Below are positions 34,081-40,000 of a stretch of 40,000 nucleotides of DNA, one piece after another (positions within the stretch are counted from its first letter, which is position 1; each line of letters starts with the position of its first letter). The stretch spans positions 1 to 40,000 of the forward strand of contig CAZTZO010000007.1 in NCBI GenBank assembly GCA_964618075.1. The letters are read 5' to 3'. The position numbers and the translations under genes are program-made. The notes beneath the pieces are model-generated. The model ran no database searches. It was given only the letters and a program-made list of their open reading frames with translations, and was not told the DNA's origin. The DNA is from an uncultured Lachnospiraceae bacterium. GTDB lineage: Bacteria; Bacillota; Clostridia; Eubacteriales; Anaerofustaceae.

Positions 34081-35259
34081 GCATACAAGTATTCCCTCGA
34101 GTATCTTCACAGCTTTATCTATATCCTGCCTTGACACTATAAGAGGAGGAAGAAGTCTTAGCTTTGTTTTGGCAGTCAGGCATAAAAGTCCTTGTTCCAT
34201 TGCCGCCTTTAATACGTCTTTTGCATTTATACCGTCCTCAAAACAAATACCGAGCATTAGCCCCATTCCGTCAACGCTTTTTACCTTTGGCAGCGAAGTA
34301 AGCTTTTTCTTAAGATATAAACCGTTTTCTTCTATTTGTGAGAGCATTTTCTCATCTAAACGCGAAAGCACAACATTTGCTCCCGCACATACAACGGGAT
34401 TGCCCCCAAATGTGCTTCCGTGATCTCCCGGCTGAAACACGTCCTTTGTTTTTTCGTTGAACAAAACGGCTCCTATCGGCAAGCCGCCGCCCAAGCCCTT
34501 TGCAAGCGTAACGATATCTGCTTTAACGGAATAATGCTCTAAAGCAAGCAGCTTGCCGGTACGACCTATACCTGTCTGAACCTCGTCTGAAATCATTATC
34601 AAATCGTTTTCATCACAAAGCGCGCGTACGCCCTTGACGAAATCCTCATCAAGAGGGATAACACCGCCTTCTCCTTGAACAGGCTCGATTATTATTGCGC
34701 AGGTTCGTTTATTAATTGTTTTTTTAAGCTGTTCAATGTCGTTTGCATCAGAATATACTATCCCCGGCGCCAAAGGCCCGAAGTTGTTGTGGAACACCTC
34801 CTGCCCGTTTACGGTAAGCGTAAAAACGGTACGTCCATGAAAGCTGTTGTTCAGACTGATAATTTCATAGCGAGCGCTTTCTTCAGAATATTTGTCCAAA
34901 GAATATTTTCTTGCCGCCTTGAGTGCGCCCTCGTTGGCTTCTGCTCCGCTGTTTGCAAAGAAAACGCTCTTGTAGCCTGTTCTGTTGCAGAGAGTCTCGG
35001 CTAATTTTGCGTCAGGCTGAATGAAAAAAAGATTGCTGGTATGCTGAAGCGTTTTTGCCTGAGTGGACACCGCCTCGACCCACTCATTATCGCAGTAGCC
35101 CAAGCTGTTTACGCCTATTCCACTCGTAAAATCCAGATATTCTTTCTTATTACTGTCATATGCGTACATACCCTTGCCGCGTACAAGCTCAAGCTCATTG
35201 CGTGCATAGGAATGCACTATGTATTTATCATAAAGTGATATCGTATTATCCTTTTCCAT
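34075..35259 (-). CDS. argD: Acetylornithine aminotransferase
   Basis: Class-III aminotransferase motifs are SGAEANEGALKAARKY, DEVQTGIGRTGK and TLAKGLGGG. It is the last gene of the argCJBD cluster and overlaps argB by 14 nt. Confidence 0.93.
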   Translation of the reverse strand: MEKDNTISLYDKYIVHSYARNELELVRGKGMYAYDSNKKEYLDFTSGIGVNSLGYCDNEWVEAVSTQAKTLQHTSNLFFIQPDAKLAETLCNRTGYKSVFFANSGAEANEGALKAARKYSLDKYSEESARYEIISLNNSFHGRTVFTLTVNGQEVFHNNFGPLAPGIVYSDANDIEQLKKTINKRTCAIIIEPVQGEGGVIPLDEDFVKGVRALCDENDLIMISDEVQTGIGRTGKLLALEHYSVKADIVTLAKGLGGGLPIGAVLFNEKTKDVFQPGDHGSTFGGNPVVCAGANVVLSRLDEKMLSQIEENGLYLKKKLTSLPKVKSVDGMGLMLGICFEDGINAKDVLKAAMEQGLLCLTAKTKLRLLPPLIVSRQDIDKAVKILEGILVCD

Positions 35260-36133
35260 TCATCTGCCTCCTGAGTTTTTTATAAAAGAGTGTTCCGCAG
35301 CCTTTATCGGAAAATATTTCCATAAACAGTGAATGCGGTTTTCTTCCGTCTATTATCACAGCCTCTGCAACTCCCGCTTCGACGCATTCCACACATCCCT
35401 TTATTTTTGGTATCATACCGCCCTGTATAACGCCGCTTTTTATAAAATTATCGACCTGAGCTATTTCGACCTCGTCGATGAGTGTGGATTCATCGTCCTT
35501 ATCAGACAATAGCCCCGCAACGTCCGTCATGCTGATTATCTTTTCAGCTCCCAGCGCTATGGCTATTTTGCACGCTGCCGTATCTGCGTTTATGTTGTAA
35601 GCGATACCCGATTTGTCCATGCCGACTGTCGCTATTACCGGGATAAAGCTGTTTTCCAAAAGGTATTTGATAAGCTTGACGTTGACACTTACTATCTCGC
35701 CCACATGACCGAGATCCGTCTCGGTTTTCTTTTTTTCGCAAAGGAGCATTTCGCCGTCCATGCCGCACAGCCCAACACCATAGCCCTCAAGCATAGCGAC
35801 AAGATTTTTATTGACCTTGCCTGCCAATACCTGCTGGACTGCCTCCATTGTCTCATCGTCTGTCTTTCGTAAGCCTCCGACGAACTCCGGCTCCTTGCCC
35901 ATAAGCTCAAGCTGTTTATTTATATCCGGCCCTCCGCCATGTACAAGCACGACCTTTATGCCTATCATATTTAAAGTGATAAGATCCTTCATGACGGCGC
36001 GTTTTAATTCGTCGCTTACCATAGCGTTTCCGCCGTATTTAACGACCATGACCTTGGAGCGGTACTTCTCTATATATGGCTGTGCTTCACTTAAGAGCCC
36101 CACGAACATATCGGTATTTCGGTTTGTTTCCAT
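35246..36133 (-). CDS. argB: Acetylglutamate kinase
   Basis: Amino-acid-kinase motifs are VVKYGGNAM and VLVHGGGPDI. Length is 295 aa. It sits between argJ and argD. Confidence 0.95.
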   Translation of the reverse strand: METNRNTDMFVGLLSEAQPYIEKYRSKVMVVKYGGNAMVSDELKRAVMKDLITLNMIGIKVVLVHGGGPDINKQLELMGKEPEFVGGLRKTDDETMEAVQQVLAGKVNKNLVAMLEGYGVGLCGMDGEMLLCEKKKTETDLGHVGEIVSVNVKLIKYLLENSFIPVIATVGMDKSGIAYNINADTAACKIAIALGAEKIISMTDVAGLLSDKDDESTLIDEVEIAQVDNFIKSGVIQGGMIPKIKGCVECVEAGVAEAVIIDGRKPHSLFMEIFSDKGCGTLFYKKLRRQMNGKG

Positions 36134-36149
36134 TAGTTACCTTCCTTGC

Positions 36150-37367
36150 TTATGAACGGTAATCTCCGTTTATCTTTACGTAATCATATGTAAGGTCACA
36201 GCCCCACGCACCGGCTGAATATGTGCCGTTGTGCATATCCACAAGCACGGTTATCTCGTTTTCACTTAATATTTTCTTTGCCTTATCTTCGTCGAATGCC
36301 AGCGCACCGGAATTCTTGCATACGGCAATTTCTCCCGCCTTGCTCTTTAAAGCAATATCTATATTATCTATCGAAAAATCCCCTTCAGCATAACCAATGG
36401 CGCATATGGCTCTTCCCCAGTTTGCGTCGGAGCCGAATATGGCGGCTTTGAATAAGCTTGAGGATATAACGCTTTTGGAGATTTTACGTGCCGTTATTTT
36501 TGTGGGCGCATTGTTAACTTCGCAGGTTATAAGCTTCGTTGCACCTTCGCCGTCAAAGGCTATCATGCGCGACATATATAAAGTTACTTTATTCAGAGCC
36601 GCACAAAACACCTTGTAGCCGTCATCGTCTTCACTCTTCAATTCGTCATTTCCCGCTTCACCGTTTGCCAAAATCACTACGGAATCGTTCGTGGAGGTAT
36701 CTCCGTCAACACTGATTTGATTGAAGGTGTCTAAGATATCGTTTGAAAGAGACTTTTGAAGCAGCTTCGGGCTTATAGAAACGTCTGTGGTTATGAATAT
36801 GAGCATTGTAGCCATATTCGGGTTTATCATGCCGCTTCCCTTTCCGATAGAACCGATTCGGCAAGTCTTGCCTCCAAGCTCAAATTCCAGAGCTATTTCC
36901 TTTAAGACCGTATCGGTCGTCATGATAGCATGAGCCGCCTTGTCGCTTCCGTCCTTTGATAGCTTCTCAACTACAAGAGGAATACCAACCTTAAACGGCT
37001 CTATCGACAGCTCCGAGCCGATAACGCCGGTAGAAGCCACAACGATGTCCTCATTAGATAAGCCAAGATGCTCTGATAGTAAAGCGCATGTTTCTTCGGC
37101 AATATCCAGCCCGTTTGCATTGCAGGTATTTGCGTTGCCGCTGTTGCATATTATGGCTTGGGCATATCCATTTTCTATGTGCTTTTTTGTTATGTATATA
37201 GGCGCGCCCTTGACCTTGTTTTGTGTATACACTGCCGCTGCCGAACAGCTTTTATCGCTTAATATCAAAGCAAGATCCTCTTTTGAAGCGTTCTTTCTTA
37301 TACCGCAGTGAACCCCCGAAGCTTTAAATCCCTTTGGTGCGCTAACGCCTCCGTTTATCTGTTTCAT
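36150..37367 (-). CDS. argJ: Bifunctional ornithine acetyltransferase / N-acetylglutamate synthase
   Basis: The ArgJ N-terminus is GGVSAPKGFKASG. The autoproteolytic site context is NMATMLIFITTD. Length is 405 aa. Confidence 0.95.
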   Translation of the reverse strand: MKQINGGVSAPKGFKASGVHCGIRKNASKEDLALILSDKSCSAAAVYTQNKVKGAPIYITKKHIENGYAQAIICNSGNANTCNANGLDIAEETCALLSEHLGLSNEDIVVASTGVIGSELSIEPFKVGIPLVVEKLSKDGSDKAAHAIMTTDTVLKEIALEFELGGKTCRIGSIGKGSGMINPNMATMLIFITTDVSISPKLLQKSLSNDILDTFNQISVDGDTSTNDSVVILANGEAGNDELKSEDDDGYKVFCAALNKVTLYMSRMIAFDGEGATKLITCEVNNAPTKITARKISKSVISSSLFKAAIFGSDANWGRAICAIGYAEGDFSIDNIDIALKSKAGEIAVCKNSGALAFDEDKAKKILSENEITVLVDMHNGTYSAGAWGCDLTYDYVKINGDYRS

Positions 37368-37407
37368 TTTAATTTACTCCGTATATTAAATTTATTTAGA
37401 CCTGTAT

Positions 37408-38340
37408 TTATATAACAAGTCCCTTTGTTTCTTCAATTCCCAGCATTATATTTGCGCACTGCAGCGCCGCTCCCGAGCTTCCCTTGCCAAGGTTATCGAA
37501 AAGTGAGGTGATTAGAACCATATCTGCTTTTGAGTACACGCTTAAAGACATACAGTCCCTTCCCGCAAACGTGTTTGCCGCCATAAAGCCGTCCTCGGGC
37601 AAGGTGTTCATGGGATTAACATTTATAAGCGATTCATCCTTATAGTACTCTAAAAGGTATTCCCGAACTTGTTCGGCGCAAGATACATTTTTTAAAAGAG
37701 GCAGAAACAGAGGCACGCTCACAAGCATTCCGCAGTAATAGTCGTCAACTACCGGAGTGAATAATACGCTGTTTTCAAGCTCGCAAATCTTCTGCATTTC
37801 GTTTAAGTGCTTGTGGGAAAGAGTAAGCCCATACATTCTCGGAGAAAACATTTTTTTCGTTTTCTCGTTTTCGTACTGCTGTATCATAGTCTTTCCGCCG
37901 CCCGAATATCCCGTAAGCGAGTTGACGCTTAAAAAGGCGTCCTTCGGGATTATACCGCCCTGCACGAGAGGAGCGACTATCGAGATAAACCCGCTGGCAT
38001 GACAGCCGGGGATACTCACTCTTGATGAATTTCTTATATCTTCTCTTTTCTTTATTTCGGGAAAACCGTATACCCAAGCCTCGTTTGTGCGGTGCGCCGT
38101 GGAGGTATCGCATATTTTTGCACCCTCAGGCGCAAGCGCTGCTATCTCCTTTGATGCTATATCCGGCAGACAAAGAATTGAAAGATCCGCTTTTGCCACC
38201 ATATCCAAACGAGCGCTTATATCCTTACGATTCTCGTCCGAAAGAGAAAGAAGACTCATATCGTTGCGCTTTTTTATCCTTTCAAATATCCTAAGCCCCG
38301 TTGTTCCCGAGGCTCCGTCGACAAATATATTGAAGCTCAT
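37408..38340 (-). CDS. argC: N-acetyl-gamma-glutamyl-phosphate reductase (short, type-2 ArgC)
   Basis: The N-terminus is IFVDGASGTTGLRI and the catalytic Cys context is IPGCHASG. The length is 310 aa from the ATG at 38340, which is preceded by GAAAGGAAG. The track ORF start at 38370 adds 10 aa without an RBS. Confidence 0.92.
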   Translation of the reverse strand: MSFNIFVDGASGTTGLRIFERIKKRNDMSLLSLSDENRKDISARLDMVAKADLSILCLPDIASKEIAALAPEGAKICDTSTAHRTNEAWVYGFPEIKKREDIRNSSRVSIPGCHASGFISIVAPLVQGGIIPKDAFLSVNSLTGYSGGGKTMIQQYENEKTKKMFSPRMYGLTLSHKHLNEMQKICELENSVLFTPVVDDYYCGMLVSVPLFLPLLKNVSCAEQVREYLLEYYKDESLINVNPMNTLPEDGFMAANTFAGRDCMSLSVYSKADMVLITSLFDNLGKGSSGAALQCANIMLGIEETKGLVI

Positions 38341-38477
38341 GTTTCCGGCTTCCTTTCTTTTATTATGCATGTATAAATATACATCTCTTATGCAGCTTGG
38401 ATACGTCTCACAGTTTAGTCTTGTAAAGCAATAAATGGCTTTTTTACGAGATTTATCACTTTATGTATGTCTTATAC

Positions 38478-38506
38478 ATATTAATGCATTTATATAAAGA
38501 AGTCAA
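38478..38506 (-). promoter_or_regulatory. argC operon promoter with an ATGCAT-centred box in its spacer
   Basis: On the minus strand: TTGACT (38501-38506), 17 nt (TCTTTATATAAATGCAT), TAATAT (38478-38483). A second related box, TATTATGCATGTAT, lies at 38361-38374 in the 5' UTR. Confidence 0.6.
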
Positions 38507-38664
38507 CAATTGTATAAATATTAATACGAAATTAACCAACATTAGGCTATTATGCCCTTTAAAACATGCTCATTTCTATTTTGTTTGTCTTTAAAAAAAA
38601 GTTATTTGCTTTATTATCAGGCAGTCATATAACTGTATTCACTTAAATCTTAATATATTATTAA

Positions 38665-38693
38665 TTGTAATAAGCAGGTATTTCTGCTATAAT
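38665..38693 (+). promoter_or_regulatory. Sigma-A-type promoter of the 38709 gene
   Basis: TTGTAA (38665-38670), 17 nt, TATAAT (38688-38693). The leader is very short, only about 8-20 nt to the two candidate ATGs at 38709 and 38721. Confidence 0.55.
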
Positions 38694-38708
38694 GAAAAAA
38701 ATATCGAA

Positions 38709-39215
38709 ATGGTAGAAAAAATGGCGAAATCACGCAAAAAAATAAAACTGAAAAGTCCTAAAAAGCTGTTCGGCTTTTTTATTGTTTTACTTATTATAAT
38801 AGCATTGATTTTCGGAGGCGTTAAGCTTTTTAACGTCCTGTTTGTAGACTCCGTTATAAAGGATATCCAGACTCTTGAGAACCAGAAAGTCACGCTTATC
38901 GACAAGCAAATAAAACAGTATATGGGAGAGAACGAAACAAACGCAACTACGCTTTCTGCCGAAAACATCGTCACCTACAGGGTCATTTACAGATACCAGC
39001 TGCAAAACGGCACCATTAAAAACTACCCGGTCGACACGGGGCTCACCATAGAAGTCAGCGATACGGCGTATGCGACTGTCGTAAAGAACACCATAGTCAT
39101 TCCGACCGGCATATCTCAGAAGCAGGAGCTTAAGGTTACCGTCAAATACAAAAAAATAGACGACGTTGTCTACACTTATACAGTAGAGCCTATGACTGCG
39201 CCGGCAGCATCTTAG
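38709..39215 (+). CDS. Hypothetical single-pass membrane protein (basic N-terminus, one TM, beta-rich extracytoplasmic domain)
   Basis: KSRKKIKLKSPKK is followed by the TM helix LFGFFIVLLIIIALIFGGV and a beta-strand-like alternation (TYRVIYRYQL, KVTVKYKK). I recognise no family. A good promoter and terminator bracket it. Confidence 0.6.
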   Translation: MVEKMAKSRKKIKLKSPKKLFGFFIVLLIIIALIFGGVKLFNVLFVDSVIKDIQTLENQKVTLIDKQIKQYMGENETNATTLSAENIVTYRVIYRYQLQNGTIKNYPVDTGLTIEVSDTAYATVVKNTIVIPTGISQKQELKVTVKYKKIDDVVYTYTVEPMTAPAAS

Positions 39216-39224
39216 TAAAAAAAT

Positions 39225-39256
39225 AAAAGCGCCTTGTAAGAAAAAAGGCGCTTTTT
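39225..39256. terminator. Bidirectional rho-independent terminator between convergent genes
   Basis: AAAAGCGCCTT (39225-39235), 9-nt loop, AAGGCGCTTTT (39245-39255). A-runs and T-runs lie on both sides. Confidence 0.88.
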
Positions 39257-39262
39257 ATGTAC

Positions 39263-39652
39263 TTATTTTTTAAACTGTTCCTTTGCTTCATTGATGGCGT
39301 TTCCGGCAATATCCTTTAAGCCTGCCGCTTTGTCTGAAATGTTTTCAGCCGTCTGCTGTGCTTCGCTCTTTACGTCCGCAAACTTATCGGCTGCCGCTTC
39401 ATACGTTTTTTCAACGCTCTCCCTTGCTTCGGCAAGCTTTTCACTCGCTATATCCTTTGTTCTGTCAAAGGTTTCGGTTGCGTCTTCCTTGCCCTTATTT
39501 ACCTTGTCCTCAAGCTTGTCGTATGTCTCGCTGATCTTGTCGCACGCATCGTCAAACACGTCGGATGCCTTTTCCTTGATGTTGTCTACGGCATCGGAAG
39601 CCTTATCAATAAAATCTCCCACTTTGTCTTTCAATTCTTCTTTATCCATCAT
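39263..39652 (-). CDS. Acidic, all-helical repeat protein (LEA-/apolipoprotein-like; hypothetical stress protein)
   Basis: The 129-aa sequence is rich in D/E/K/A with recurring DKASDxxD / EKxxExxE amphipathic periodicity and no TM helix. The RBS is AAAGGAG. The opposite-strand ORF 39291..39689 is a compositional mirror artefact. Confidence 0.6.
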   Translation of the reverse strand: MMDKEELKDKVGDFIDKASDAVDNIKEKASDVFDDACDKISETYDKLEDKVNKGKEDATETFDRTKDIASEKLAEARESVEKTYEAAADKFADVKSEAQQTAENISDKAAGLKDIAGNAINEAKEQFKK

Positions 39653-39755
39653 AGCTCCTTTTAAAGAAATTATATTTGTCTTTGCTTAAAGTATACCATA
39701 AATTAAATGCTTTTTTTAAATTTTCATATTATTATTTGATTAATCACACCTACTC

Positions 39756-40000
39756 TTAATACATGATAAGCTCTATAAGCTCGTCGTTTGTTAAATTCGC
39801 TATATAATCCCCTGCGTTTATATTTAAAAGGCGCTCTTTTATGTCCTTTTGATTAAACGGCACGTTTGAGAGGATACCTTCAAGCTGACGGATACTATCG
39901 TTTTCAAAGAAATCTCCGCAAAAGGAAATACCTTCTATTCTGTTATTTTTTACATTAAAGCCTGCTTCTATAATGCCCGCAGTAAACTTCTTTCTTTTAA
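39756..40000 (-). CDS. Lipoate-protein ligase (LplA/LplJ-type), C-terminal 80 aa only; the 5' end lies outside the window
   Basis: My translation of the minus strand is ...IEGISFCGDFFENDSIRQLEGILSNVPFNQKDIKERLLNINAGDYIANLTNDELIELIMY*. This matches the conserved C-terminal accessory domain pattern (GDFF...LE..L.G......I...L.......Y..N.T.EE...L) of lipoate-protein ligases. It is not in the ORF track because it is open-ended. Confidence 0.7.
   Translation of the reverse strand, partial: KRKKFTAGIIEAGFNVKNNRIEGISFCGDFFENDSIRQLEGILSNVPFNQKDIKERLLNINAGDYIANLTNDELIELIMY

Overview
This 40-kb chromosomal segment reads like an anaerobic, moderate-GC Firmicute of Clostridia type. All family calls come from reading motifs by eye; no database search was run.

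Core content:
- A Bacillus/Clostridium-style block lepA-hemW-hrcA(CIRCE)-grpE-dnaK-dnaJ on the + strand (14.4-22.2 kb).
- Two arginine-biosynthesis operons on the - strand: argG-argH (7.2-9.9 kb) and argC-argJ-argB-argD (34.1-38.3 kb).
- Desulfoferrodoxin, a tandem-ACT protein, a GPH sugar symporter, a NUDIX ADP-ribose pyrophosphatase, an M42 peptidase, pyrimidine-nucleoside phosphorylase, DegV plus DUF1836, a gamma-carbonic-anhydrase-like protein, a membrane GGDEF(degenerate)-EAL protein, and the 3' end of a lipoate-protein ligase.

The left ~4.6 kb abuts a partial tRNA-Met gene and is visibly AT-richer. It carries glycan-modification genes: an acyltransferase-3 split by an in-frame stop, two GT2 glycosyltransferases, and a SAM methyltransferase whose C-terminus is encoded by 42-bp tandem repeats. 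An epimerase follows, then a divergent pair of ribbon-helix-helix genes with a repeat-laden control region.

I saw no rRNA, CRISPR array, transposase, integrase or recognisable known defence system. Most of the window is ordinary housekeeping.

Candidates most worth a second look:
1. A four-gene xpaC-telA-lemA-like-TPM operon.
2. The orphan RHH/RHH divergent switch.
3. The repeat-encoded helical tail of the methyltransferase.
4. A degenerate PurD-like pseudoenzyme coupled to a MerR-like gene upstream of lepA.
5. A DUF5131 gene frameshifted at a homopolymer.
6. Several short repeated operator-like motifs in intergenic regions.
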